DNA of 64,000 nucleotides, from assembly GCA_038747035.1 (NCBI GenBank), contig JBCDKB010000001.1, positions 2,029-66,028 on the forward strand. The letters run 5' to 3'. Shown in pieces: positions 9,052-18,267 of the stretch. The position numbers and the translations under genes are program-made. The first letter of the stretch is position 1. Every line of letters begins with the position of its first letter. The notes below the pieces were generated by a model that saw nothing but the letters and a program-made list of their open reading frames with translations, searched no databases and had not been told where the DNA came from. Source of the DNA: Acidobacteriota bacterium (lineage in GTDB: Bacteria > Acidobacteriota > Thermoanaerobaculia > Multivoradales > J023).

Positions 9052-11202
9052 CTATCCCGCGGGGCGTGGCGCGCGGGCGCCGGCGATCCACGGCATGGCG
9101 ACCAGCGCCAGGGCCGCGGCGGCCGCCGTGCCGACGGCCACGGCGATGCCGAATCGCTGCGTCGGCGGGAAGCTCGAGAGAGAAAAAATGCCGAAGCCGG
9201 CGGCGAGGATGGCCGCGGCGCCGAGCACGGCCGGCCACAGGGCGGCGCGGGCGCCGGCCCACGCCTCAGGGGCGGACTGGCCGTCGCGACGACGGCGGCG
9301 GAAGGCCACCACCAGGTGGATCATGGAGTCAATACCGAGGGCGATGGCGACGTTGGCCGCCGGCGAAGAGATCAGATCGAGCGGTAGCCCGAAGTGTCCA
9401 TAAAGGCCCAGGACAAGCACCGGCACGGCCGCCAGGCACGCAATCATCGCCGCCGCCACCCGAAAGCTCCGGGCCGCCCACGCCGCCACGACGATGAAGA
9501 GCGCCAGCAGGCCCGCCAGACCGCGGAAGACGCTCGACGCGACGAGCTCGCCGAGACCGGCCTGCAGGTCGTAGAGACCGCCGGCGAGCTCCAGCTGCAG
9601 ATCCGCCGCTTCGACTTCGCCCTGGAGTCTCTCAATCACCTGCCGCCGGGGCTCACCGCGCTCGACCTCCCGCATGCGCAAGAAGTAGAGACCGCGGGTC
9701 CGATCTTCGGTAATGAAAGACCCCGCGACGTGGTCGAATTGGGCGCTATCCAAAATGTTGACGAGCTGTTCCGTGCCGAGAAACATCGCCATCGGCACCC
9801 GCTTGGCTTCATCGATCAGCACCGGCAGGGACAGGGCGGTACCGACTTCCGGATCGGTCTCTAGGGCCTTCTGTAATGCCGCCATCTTGGCCTGCGCGGG
9901 AGCGCTCACCAGGCGACCGGCGTCGACGGCCCCTTCGCGCTCTCGGACCACCAAAAGGAGCGGGCTCGAGCCGCCGCTCCGGTCGATGCGCTCGAGGCCC
10001 CGGCGGAGCTCTCCGCCCTCCTCGAAATAAGACAGCAGGTGGGGGTCGGTGATCAGGCGCGGCACGCCGACCGCGGCGACCGCCGTCGCCACCGCCAGCG
10101 CCGCGGTGATCGGCACTTGCCAGCGGCTGAGGAATTCTCCGCGGGACCGCGTCTTGGTCACCCGCGGACGGGCCCGGTCGAGGAAAGCGGGGTAAAGACC
10201 GAAGGCCAGGACCAGCGCCACCGCCGTGCCCACGGCGCCGGCGAGTCCCAGCTCCCGGAGCGGCTTGGCGCTGGCGAAGAGCAGGCTCGAGAAGCCCAGG
10301 AAGGTCGTGAGCGCGCAGCCGCAGGACGCGGGGACGGTCAAGCGCACGCCGGAAGATACCGGGTCTTCGCCTCCCCCGTCGACCGCGCAACGCGACCAGT
10401 TCGCTGTCAAGAAAACGATGTGCGACAGCGTCAACACGAAGACGATCGTGACGATATTCGCCGTCAAGAGGCCGATCGGCGCCCCCACCGCCCACAGCGC
10501 GGCGAGGGTCACGGCGCAGGCCGCGAGGCAGGTCAGGAGCGTGCCGGCGATTACCCACGGCGACCGGTAGACCGCGGCGATGACCAGCGCAAAGACCAGC
10601 AGCGACGCCGCGCTGAAGACCTGCAGGTCGCGGCCGAGGGCGCGCCGAATCTGCTCAACGACCCACGGCACCCCGGACACATCGAGGGCGAAGCTCGCCC
10701 GCTCATGGTCCGACACCACCGCCTCGACCGCCGCCACCAAGTCCCGCGCCGCGTCGCCGCTCGCTTCGGGGGCCACCTCGTCGAGGTAGGCGATCACCAA
10801 GGTCCGGCGCGGATCGTCACTCAGCAGGAGGCGGCTCCACAGCGGACTCGAAGCGACCGAACCGGGGTTGCCGGGGCCGTGGGTCAGGCTGTGCACCGAC
10901 CCGACGCCCGGGACGGCCTGGAGCGCCTCGGAGAAAGCCCGCAGACGCTCGAGAAAATCCCTATCGGCGAGGTCCGGGGTGGTGACCGAGATCAGCAGCT
11001 GGTCGCCGGCCGGGAAGAGCTCGCCGATGCGTTCGGACGTCTGCATCTGCGGATCTTCCGTCGAGAAGAAGAAGTCACTTTCAACCCGCGGCGACAGGTC
11101 GGCGACGAAGAGCACCAGCGCCGTCGAGAGCGTCGCCAAAGCGGCGACCGCCGCGGAAAAGACTCGCCGTCGGTTCGCGGAGGACGTCATCGTCGGGGGC
11201 AC
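9052..11202 (-). CDS. MMPL/RND-superfamily membrane exporter
   Basis: 716 aa with two blocks of ~6 TM helices separated by periplasmic loops, the MMPL topology (cf. HpnN-like lipid exporters). Adjacent to the upstream c-di-GMP gene. Confidence 0.7.
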   Translation of the reverse strand: MPPTMTSSANRRRVFSAAVAALATLSTALVLFVADLSPRVESDFFFSTEDPQMQTSERIGELFPAGDQLLISVTTPDLADRDFLERLRAFSEALQAVPGVGSVHSLTHGPGNPGSVASSPLWSRLLLSDDPRRTLVIAYLDEVAPEASGDAARDLVAAVEAVVSDHERASFALDVSGVPWVVEQIRRALGRDLQVFSAASLLVFALVIAAVYRSPWVIAGTLLTCLAACAVTLAALWAVGAPIGLLTANIVTIVFVLTLSHIVFLTANWSRCAVDGGGEDPVSSGVRLTVPASCGCALTTFLGFSSLLFASAKPLRELGLAGAVGTAVALVLAFGLYPAFLDRARPRVTKTRSRGEFLSRWQVPITAALAVATAVAAVGVPRLITDPHLLSYFEEGGELRRGLERIDRSGGSSPLLLVVREREGAVDAGRLVSAPAQAKMAALQKALETDPEVGTALSLPVLIDEAKRVPMAMFLGTEQLVNILDSAQFDHVAGSFITEDRTRGLYFLRMREVERGEPRRQVIERLQGEVEAADLQLELAGGLYDLQAGLGELVASSVFRGLAGLLALFIVVAAWAARSFRVAAAMIACLAAVPVLVLGLYGHFGLPLDLISSPAANVAIALGIDSMIHLVVAFRRRRRDGQSAPEAWAGARAALWPAVLGAAAILAAGFGIFSLSSFPPTQRFGIAVAVGTAAAAALALVAMPWIAGARAPRPAG

Positions 11203-11203
11203 C

Positions 11204-13075
11204 TCATGGCTCGGGCGTCAGCGACGACTCGAAGTCGCGGCTTGAAGGCGGAGTCGACTCGGCGTCGAGATAATCGGCGACGTTTTCCGACGGCTGGATC
11301 GGGCGCGGCCGGGCCAGGTGATAGCCCTGGCCGAAGTCGATATCGAGATCTTGCAGCGCCTGGAGCAGCGCGACGCTTTCGACATTCTCGGCGATCGTGC
11401 GCGCGTCGATCACGTGGGCCACCTTGTGGATCGAGTCCACCACCGCCCGCGACAGCTTCGAATGCAGCAACTCGCTGACGATATTGCCGTCGATCTTGAC
11501 GAAATCCACCGGCAGCTCGTGCAGGTAGCGGAACGACGACATGCCCGAGCCGAAGTCGTCGAGCGCCCAGCGACAGCGCAACCGGCGCACCTGCTCGATC
11601 ATCTCGGCGGCGCGGCGCAGGTTCGAGACGGCCGCCGTCTCCGTGATCTCGAAACAGAGCTTTTGCCCCGGCAGACCGGTCCGCTCCAGCTCCGAGGCGA
11701 TGCAGCGCGCCACATCGCGGTCGCCCACGGAAGCGCCCGACAGGTTGACCGTGCAGCAGTCGAGCACGTCGAGGAACGACTGGGACTGGGCCACCAGGAT
11801 CGACATGATGCGGCGGATCACCCAGCAGTCGATGGCGGGCATCAAGCCGAATCGCTCCGCCGCCGGCAGGAACTCCCCCGGCGAGTGGCGGGTGCCGTCG
11901 CGGTCGCGGAAGCGCAGCAGCACTTCGAAGTAGAGCGGACCATCCGCCACCAGCGACTTGATGGGCACGATGCGCTGCCACTCGAGCTCGAAGAGGTCTT
12001 GGTCCAGGGCCTGCTGCAGCTTCACGACCCAGTTCATTTGCCCTTGGTGACGGCGCACCTCGGCGGCATCTTTACGGTAGAGCTGGGTCCGCCCGCGGCC
12101 GCGCTGCTTGGCGAGGAAGCACGCCCGGTCGGCGGCGCCCGTCAGGTCATTGAGATCGGCGAAGTCGCCACTGATCGCCACCATGCCGATGGAGACGCCG
12201 ACGCTGAAGCTTTTGTCTTGCCAGACGAATCGGAAGTTGCGGAGCGCTTGGTGCACGTCTTCCGCCACGTGCTCGGCGACCGCCAGGGGGGTATCGTGGA
12301 TCAGCAGGCCAAACTCGTCGCCGCCCAGCCGGGCGAGCACGTCGGCGTCGCGCAGGCGCTCACGGATCAAGCTCGCGATCCACTGCACCAGCATGTCGCC
12401 GGCGGCGTGTCCACAGGTGTCGTTGACCACCTGGAACTGGTCCAGATCCATGTGGCAGAGCACGTCCCCGCGCGGCGCGCCGTCGTCGACGGGGAGCCAC
12501 GAGCCGTCCTGCTGCGCCCGCTCGAAGGCCTCCTCCACATGCTGTTCGAAGGCGCGCCGATTCAAGAGGCCGGTGAGGGCGTCGAACCGGGCGACCCGCG
12601 ATAGACGCTGCGCCAAACGTTCCCGGTCGCTGACGTCCCGGAGCACGAGCACCGCGCCGAGCAGTGGCAGGGGCCGACCGTCGGCCACCGGCTCGTCGTA
12701 GATCGGCCTGACCCCGCCCTCCACCACGAGGCGCTCGCCGTCGCCGCGCACCAAACGCGTACCCTCGGCCAGCGGCAGGGTCTCGCCGCGCCGGACGCAC
12801 TCGGCGATCTCGATTTCGAAATCCTCGTCGTCCAGCAGGGTCAGGACTTCATCGAGCGGCCGACTGCGGGCGTGCTCGAGGGTCCAGCCGACCAGTACCT
12901 CGGCCGCCGGGTTCAGCTCGTCGAGGCGTCCGTCCGGATCGAAGACCAAAACGGCTTCGCCGACGCTCGCCAAGGCGCTCCGCACCTTGCGCAGCATCCT
13001 GCCATCGTCTCGAGGTTCGTGGCCGGCCCGCGGCGGACTGAGCTCGGCCCGTCCAGAGGGAATCGTCGTAGACAC
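11204..13075 (-). CDS. PAS-GGDEF-EAL c-di-GMP signalling protein
   Basis: GGDEF region RLGGDEFGLL with an upstream LTGLLNRRAF; EAL region with motifs ...FEVLLR, DDFGSGMSSFRYL, KIDGNIV. Confidence 0.85.
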   Translation of the reverse strand: MSTTIPSGRAELSPPRAGHEPRDDGRMLRKVRSALASVGEAVLVFDPDGRLDELNPAAEVLVGWTLEHARSRPLDEVLTLLDDEDFEIEIAECVRRGETLPLAEGTRLVRGDGERLVVEGGVRPIYDEPVADGRPLPLLGAVLVLRDVSDRERLAQRLSRVARFDALTGLLNRRAFEQHVEEAFERAQQDGSWLPVDDGAPRGDVLCHMDLDQFQVVNDTCGHAAGDMLVQWIASLIRERLRDADVLARLGGDEFGLLIHDTPLAVAEHVAEDVHQALRNFRFVWQDKSFSVGVSIGMVAISGDFADLNDLTGAADRACFLAKQRGRGRTQLYRKDAAEVRRHQGQMNWVVKLQQALDQDLFELEWQRIVPIKSLVADGPLYFEVLLRFRDRDGTRHSPGEFLPAAERFGLMPAIDCWVIRRIMSILVAQSQSFLDVLDCCTVNLSGASVGDRDVARCIASELERTGLPGQKLCFEITETAAVSNLRRAAEMIEQVRRLRCRWALDDFGSGMSSFRYLHELPVDFVKIDGNIVSELLHSKLSRAVVDSIHKVAHVIDARTIAENVESVALLQALQDLDIDFGQGYHLARPRPIQPSENVADYLDAESTPPSSRDFESSLTPEP

Positions 13076-13578
13076 GTAGAGTCTAAGTCTTGCGCGGTAG
13101 GGAGCTGGTGGGGAAAGAGATCCTGGATCGGCGTAGCGTCAACGGCACCGCGGCAATCTATCAAACCGTCGGCTTCCCACCGAGGGCCCCGGTGGGTCCC
13201 TGGAAGCCAGCCTCGATACCCTTCATCTCAAGGGACTCGCCCGCCCACCCTTTGCGGGTCGTCCCGGGCTCTTTGGGACTCAATCCGTCGGCATTTACGC
13301 GGTTCCAGAGGCGTGCCCACCGCACAAATGAGACTCGATCTCAACAAACACTCAAACGACGCTAGCTCAAGTGAATCTACAAATATGCGGGGACCGAAGC
13401 TGGTGGTGGGCCCACAAAATTAGAAGCCCGCCGAGTTTTGCAGAACCCGGCGAGCCGCCAGAGTAACGCTCGACGACGCGTCGTGACCAGCCAGTCGAAC
13501 CGCGCCTGTTCGAGCACTAATACCGGCGCCTTCCTATACGGAAATCTCACATCCGTGGTTTGGCGCGAGGAGAACCCC

Positions 13579-14343
13579 GTGGATTTACCGACCCTCTCAA
13601 TCGGCCAATTCGACCTGGTCTACAACTTCTTTTCGCTAACGATCGCGACGATGTTCGCGTCGGGCATCTTCTTCTTTTTAGGCCAGCGCCTGGTCGCGCC
13701 GAAGTACCGCGTCGGCGTGATCGTTTCCGGCATTGTCGTCTTCGTCGCCGGCTACCACTATTATCGAATCTGGGAGAGCTGGCACGCCGCTTATACCTTG
13801 ACCGAAGGCTCCTACGTGGCGAGCGGCGTGCCGTTCAACGACGCTTATCGCTACGCCGACTGGCTGATCACCGTGCCGCTGCTGCTGATTGAGCTCATCG
13901 CCGTGCTCGGCCTCGCCAAGGCCATTTCCGGCCCGATGCTGCGCAACCTTTCGATCGCTTCCGTCATCATGATCGCCCTCGGCTACCCCGGCGAAGTCGC
14001 CAGTGACTCCGGCACGGCTTGGATTTTCTGGTTCCTCGCCATGATTCCGTTCCTCTACATCCTCTACGTGCTCTTCGCCCAGCTCAAGGATACGATCGCG
14101 AACGAAACCGGCGAAGTCGCGACGCTCTTCAAGCGAGCGCGCGCCGTCATCGCGATCTCCTGGTGGGTCTATCCGCTCGCCTTCGTGCTGCCGATCCTCG
14201 GCGTGCTTTCGGGTGCGGTCGGCGAGGTCGGACTTCAGGTCGGCTACAGCATCGCCGACCTGATCGCCAAGGCGTTCTACGGCGTCGTGATTTTCCAGAT
14301 CGCGCGCGCCAAGTCGGACGCGGACGGCTACGAACCCGCCTGA
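13579..14343 (+). CDS. Microbial (type I) rhodopsin of the xanthorhodopsin / Gloeobacter-rhodopsin clade; predicted light-driven proton pump
   Basis: Helix C RYADWLITVPLLLIELIAV gives a D/T/E triad at the BR 85/89/96-equivalent positions. Helix G SIADLIAKAFYG carries the Schiff-base Lys. His in GYHYYRIW. The N-terminus LSIGQFDLVYNFFSLTIATMFASGIFFF resembles GR/XR. GTG start at 13579 with AGGAG 7 nt upstream; the longer TTG-initiated ORF from 13438 was rejected. Confidence 0.9.
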   Translation: MDLPTLSIGQFDLVYNFFSLTIATMFASGIFFFLGQRLVAPKYRVGVIVSGIVVFVAGYHYYRIWESWHAAYTLTEGSYVASGVPFNDAYRYADWLITVPLLLIELIAVLGLAKAISGPMLRNLSIASVIMIALGYPGEVASDSGTAWIFWFLAMIPFLYILYVLFAQLKDTIANETGEVATLFKRARAVIAISWWVYPLAFVLPILGVLSGAVGEVGLQVGYSIADLIAKAFYGVVIFQIARAKSDADGYEPA

Positions 14344-14365
14344 TCGGGCGCCGTCACTAGTGAAA

Positions 14366-14386
14366 GGGCCGGGCGAGTCCCGGCCC
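14366..14386 (+). terminator. Stem-loop GGGCCGGG-cgagt-CCCGGCCC immediately after the rhodopsin stop
   Basis: Perfect 8-bp GC stem with a 5-nt loop 22 nt downstream of the stop. A second imperfect hairpin lies at ~14418-14440. May be a partial terminator or attenuator ahead of crtIB. Confidence 0.45.
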
Positions 14387-14482
14387 CCTTCTCCCCAGCT
14401 AGAGTTTTCCTATCGGCATGCTTCGGCGTGCTCCCAGACGGCGTCCTGACGCCGTGCCCCCGCCTGTTCTAAGGAGCTTTCC

Positions 14483-17053
14483 GTGAAGCCAATGAAAGCC
14501 CTCGTCATCGGCGCCGGATTCGGTGGCCTCGCCGCGGCCCTCCGCTTGCGCGCCCGCGGCTACGACGTCACGATCTTCGAGCGTCAAGATCGGCCCGGCG
14601 GCCGGGCGGTGGTCCACCGCCGCGGCGGCTATACGTTCGACGCCGGTCCGACCATCATCACCGCGCCTTTTCTGCTCGACGAGCTTTTCGAGCTCTTCGG
14701 GCGACGTACCGATGACTACGTCACGCTGCGGTCCCTCGAACCGTGGTATCGGATCCGCTTCGACGGCGGTGAGCACCTCGACTACAGCGGCAACCTCGAC
14801 ACGATGGTCGAGGAGATTCGCCGATTCGACGGTCGTGACGCGGACGGCTACCTCCGTCTCCTGGAACACACCCGCAAGATCTACAAAGAGGGCTTCGAGC
14901 GCCTCGGCGACCAGCCGTTCCACGACTTCGGCACCATGATGAAGCTCGCCCCGGCCTTGGCGCGGTTGCGCAGCGACCGCAGCGTCTACCGCCAGACCGC
15001 CCGCTACATCAAACATCCGCTGCTGCGCCAGGCCCTGAGCTTCCATCCGCTGCTCGTCGGCGGCAATCCGTTCACCACCACGTCTATCTATTCCCTGATT
15101 CACTACCTCGAGCGCACCGGCGGAGTGCATTTCGCCATGGGGGGAACCGCCGCCCTCGTCGATGGTTTGGTGCGCCTCTTCGAGGACCAGGGGGGCACCA
15201 TCCGCTACGACGCCACCGTCGACGAAATCCTCGCCGAAGGGGCCACGGGCGGTCGCCGTCGCGCCCGGGCGAAGGGCATCCGTCTGGCCGACGGTGAAGT
15301 GGTCGAGGCCGACGTGGTCGTCGCCAACGCCGACGCGCCCTTCGTCTATAAAAACCTCGTGGCCCCCGAACATCGGGGCAAGTGGAATGACCGGCGCATC
15401 CTGGGCCGCAAGTACTCGATGGGACTTTTTGTACTCTACTTCGGCGCTACGCGCCAGTATGACGAGCTGGCGCACCACGAGATTCTTCTCGGACCCCGCT
15501 ACCGCGGCCTCATCAACGACATCTTCGAGCGCAAAGTCCTTGCGGACGATATGAGTCTTTACCTCCACGCGCCGACCCGCACCGATGCCTCGCTCGCGCC
15601 GGAGGGCTGCGAATCCATGTACGCGCTGGTGCCCGTGCCTAACCTCGAGGCCGGCATCGACTGGTCCGACGCCGGCCCGAGACTGCGGGATCGCCTCGTT
15701 GAACACCTCTCCCAAACGGTCTGCCCGGGGCTCGACTCGGCGATCACCGAAGACTTCTACGTCACCCCGGAGCACTTCAAGAATCGCCTGCTGTCGGTCA
15801 ACGGCGCCGGATTCTCCATCCAACCCGTGCTGACCCAATCCGCCTACTTCCGCTTCCACAACCGCTCCGAGGAGCTGCGGGACCTCTACCTCGTCGGGGC
15901 GGGGACCCATCCGGGCGCCGGCGTCCCGGGGGTCCTGTGCTCCGCGAAAGTCCTCGACCGGCTGCTCGACGAGCGCGAGGACGCCGGGCGGCGACCCGCG
16001 GTGACCGTGCCGGACGTCGGGGCGAGGCAGCCCGAGGCCCTCGATCTGCGTCCGGCCGCCCGCGCCGATCTGGGATCCGACGCGCCCGACTTCTTCGCCG
16101 CGCCCGCCGCCGCCCTGATGGCGAAACGCGCCAAGACATTCAACTTCGCCGCCCGCCTGCTGCCGCGGGCCACGCGGGACCAGGTGGCGACCCTCTACCG
16201 CTTCTGCCGCGTCGTTGACGACCTCGCCGACGACCTCCCCGACCCCGGGGAGAGTCGCGCTTGGCTCAACCGGGTCTACCTCGACCTGGAACGGGGACAC
16301 TCCGAGCTGACGCCGATTTCGGACTTCCTCGACCTCGCCGAGCGGCGGAACATCCCGCGGGAACTCGCCCTCGAGCTCGTCCGCGGCCTGCGTTCAGACC
16401 TCGGCCGCGTGCGCTGCGGCTCAGTGGACGAGCTGGTGCGCTATTGCTACCAGGTCGCGTCGACCGTCGGCGTCATGATGTGCAAGGTCCTCGGCGCGGC
16501 CTCTCCCCAGGCGCCGCTCTACGCCGTCGATCTCGGCATCGCCATGCAGCTGACCAACATAGCCCGCGACGTCGCAGAAGACCTCGAGCACGATCGCATC
16601 TATCTCCCGGCCGCCTGGGTCGACGGAGAAACGGTTCGCCGGGGGGTCGGGGGCGACGCCCGCGCCGCCGCGACGGTCTACAAGACGGTGGAGAGGCTCC
16701 TCGACTTGGCCCACGACTACTACCGGAGCGCCGATTCGGGCATCGAGCTCCTGCCCGCGGGTGCCCAGTGGTCGATCCTCACCGCCGGCCGCAGCTACGA
16801 GGCCATCGGGCACCGCATCCGCGGCCTCGGCCCGGGTTATTGGCAGGGCCGCGTCTTTACCGGCACCGGCCGCAAAGTCGCCGAAAGCCTCAAGGCCGCC
16901 TCCACCCTGACGGCGCGCCAGATCGCCACCGCCTTCGGGCGCGACCCGCGGCCGCGGCGTCACCGCGACCGCCTCCACCTGCCGCTCGCCACGTTGCCGA
17001 GCGCCGCCCTCTGGCGACCGGCCGAATTCGGCCCGGCGCGGGGTCTCGGATGA
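14483..17053 (+). CDS. crtIB: Phytoene desaturase (CrtI) fused in-frame to phytoene synthase (CrtB)
   Basis: N-terminus KALVIGAGFGGLAAALRL (FAD Rossmann) and CrtI-family body to ~aa 495. P/A-rich linker. C-terminus FAARLLPRATRDQVATLYRFCRVVDDLADD ... YCYQVASTVGVM ... NIARDVAEDL is the squalene/phytoene synthase fold. Single 856-aa ORF with no stop. GTG start with AAGGAG. Confidence 0.85.
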   Translation: MKPMKALVIGAGFGGLAAALRLRARGYDVTIFERQDRPGGRAVVHRRGGYTFDAGPTIITAPFLLDELFELFGRRTDDYVTLRSLEPWYRIRFDGGEHLDYSGNLDTMVEEIRRFDGRDADGYLRLLEHTRKIYKEGFERLGDQPFHDFGTMMKLAPALARLRSDRSVYRQTARYIKHPLLRQALSFHPLLVGGNPFTTTSIYSLIHYLERTGGVHFAMGGTAALVDGLVRLFEDQGGTIRYDATVDEILAEGATGGRRRARAKGIRLADGEVVEADVVVANADAPFVYKNLVAPEHRGKWNDRRILGRKYSMGLFVLYFGATRQYDELAHHEILLGPRYRGLINDIFERKVLADDMSLYLHAPTRTDASLAPEGCESMYALVPVPNLEAGIDWSDAGPRLRDRLVEHLSQTVCPGLDSAITEDFYVTPEHFKNRLLSVNGAGFSIQPVLTQSAYFRFHNRSEELRDLYLVGAGTHPGAGVPGVLCSAKVLDRLLDEREDAGRRPAVTVPDVGARQPEALDLRPAARADLGSDAPDFFAAPAAALMAKRAKTFNFAARLLPRATRDQVATLYRFCRVVDDLADDLPDPGESRAWLNRVYLDLERGHSELTPISDFLDLAERRNIPRELALELVRGLRSDLGRVRCGSVDELVRYCYQVASTVGVMMCKVLGAASPQAPLYAVDLGIAMQLTNIARDVAEDLEHDRIYLPAAWVDGETVRRGVGGDARAAATVYKTVERLLDLAHDYYRSADSGIELLPAGAQWSILTAGRSYEAIGHRIRGLGPGYWQGRVFTGTGRKVAESLKAASTLTARQIATAFGRDPRPRRHRDRLHLPLATLPSAALWRPAEFGPARGLG

Positions 17054-18249
17054 CGACCAAGCCGGTCGTTATCGCCGGCGCCGGGGCCGCCGGCCTGAGC
17101 CTGGCGGTCCACCTCCTGGACTCGGGCTGGACCGACCCCCTGGTCTTGGTCGAGCCCCGTGAACACTACCGGGACGATCGCACCTGGTGCTATTGGCATT
17201 TCGGAGACCATCCATTCGAGGGCTGCGTGAGTCGCCGGTGGCGCCGGTGGCGCCTTCGCGCCGCTGACCGCGACGTGGTCAGCGGCTCAACGCAGCATCC
17301 CTACTGCCATATCCGCGGCGGCGACTTCTACGACCATGCCCTGGAGCGGCTGCGCTCCCATCGCCAGGTGCACCTAGAGCTCGGCGCCCGGGTGATCGAC
17401 GTTGAAGACAAAGCCGACGGCGTGCGCGTTGAAACCACCGGCGGCGTGATCGACGGGCGCTACCTTTTCGACTCCCGCCCGACGCCCGTCGCCGACGGAC
17501 TCATCCAGCACTTCGCGGGCCTCTTCGTGCGGGCCGAGGCCGACGTCTTCGACCCCTCCACGCCGACCCTCATGGACTTTCAAGCGATCCGCCCCACCGT
17601 CGACGGCGTGCCGCTGACCGGCGTCCACTTCATCTACCTGCTTCCATTCTCAGCCCGGGAAGCGCTGGTCGAGTCCACGCTCCTGACGCCGAGGGACGAG
17701 TTCTCCGGCTTGGCTTCGGTGGAGACGGGTCATGTCAACGCCGCCCTCGCCTACCTCGAACGGGACTACCCGGCGGCACACGTCGCCGTGCTTCGGCGGG
17801 AAAGGGGCGCGATCCCCATGGCGATCCCGGCGGAGGTCCGCTCGACCCCATCGCCCGACTTCCCGAAACGGCGGTCCCACCGACCCTCCGCCGTGATTCC
17901 GATCGGAACCGCCGCCGGCTGCGCCCGCCCGTCGAGCGGCTACGCCTTCGACGCCATCCAGCGCACCTCGGGGGCGATGGCCCGCGCCCTGACCCTCGGA
18001 CACGATCCCCGCGACGTCCAGGTCTGGAGACGACGAGCGCGCTGGCTGGACAGAATCTTTCTTTCCTTCCTCGAGTCACGGCCCGAGCTGGCGCCTTCGG
18101 TCTTTACGTCACTCTTCGATCACCTGCCCGGGGACCTGATGCCGCGTTTCCTCTCCGACCGCGAGTCGATCCCTGAGGTGATTCGCATGATGAGCGCCAT
18201 GCCGGTGGGGGTCTTTACCCGGGAATGGCTGAGGGTCCAAACGGCCTAG
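17050..18249 (+). CDS. crtY: Lycopene beta-cyclase (CrtY/CrtL family)
   Basis: MTTKPVVIAGAGAAGLSLAVHLL (FAD dinucleotide fold). The ATG overlaps the crtIB stop (ATGA). Length ~399 aa. The longer ORF from 16261 is an out-of-frame artefact overlapping crtB. Confidence 0.75.
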   Translation: MTTKPVVIAGAGAAGLSLAVHLLDSGWTDPLVLVEPREHYRDDRTWCYWHFGDHPFEGCVSRRWRRWRLRAADRDVVSGSTQHPYCHIRGGDFYDHALERLRSHRQVHLELGARVIDVEDKADGVRVETTGGVIDGRYLFDSRPTPVADGLIQHFAGLFVRAEADVFDPSTPTLMDFQAIRPTVDGVPLTGVHFIYLLPFSAREALVESTLLTPRDEFSGLASVETGHVNAALAYLERDYPAAHVAVLRRERGAIPMAIPAEVRSTPSPDFPKRRSHRPSAVIPIGTAAGCARPSSGYAFDAIQRTSGAMARALTLGHDPRDVQVWRRRARWLDRIFLSFLESRPELAPSVFTSLFDHLPGDLMPRFLSDRESIPEVIRMMSAMPVGVFTREWLRVQTA

Positions 18250-18267
18250 CTCGGTTGACTTTCCACG

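Noticed and set aside
13080-13440. Possible tmRNA or RNase P RNA in the AT-rich opsin leader
   Set aside because: There is only a weak resemblance to a tmRNA 5' end and no credible tRNA-like 3' domain (no GGTTCGA T-arm, no terminal CCA context) or hydrophobic tag ORF. The candidate tag peptide ends ...VVGPQN rather than ...LAA. It is retained only as a generic candidate regulatory region.
14399-16300. 633-aa minus-strand ORF antisense to crtIB, and similarly long antisense ORFs (20073-21950, 33036-34136, 33952-35196, 36783-38720, 38708-40582, 44978-46759, 48738-50015, 50699-52657, 10039-11478, 11318-12604)
   Set aside because: These are low-complexity R/G/A/P/E-rich translations typical of the third-codon-position GC bias in ~70% GC genomes. 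In every case the opposite strand carries strong family-specific catalytic motifs, so they are shadow ORFs.
17180-17215. TGG...TTGGCAT resembling a sigma-54 -24/-12 element
   Set aside because: It lies inside the crtY coding sequence and the spacing does not fit the GG-N10-GC rule. It is a coincidental match.
16261-18249. 662-aa ORF suggesting a much longer lycopene cyclase beginning inside crtB
   Set aside because: The first ~260 codons overlap crtB in another frame and translate to an arginine/proline-rich artefact. The real start is the ATG at 17050, overlapping the crtIB stop, which gives a normal ~399-aa CrtY with an N-terminal FAD fold.
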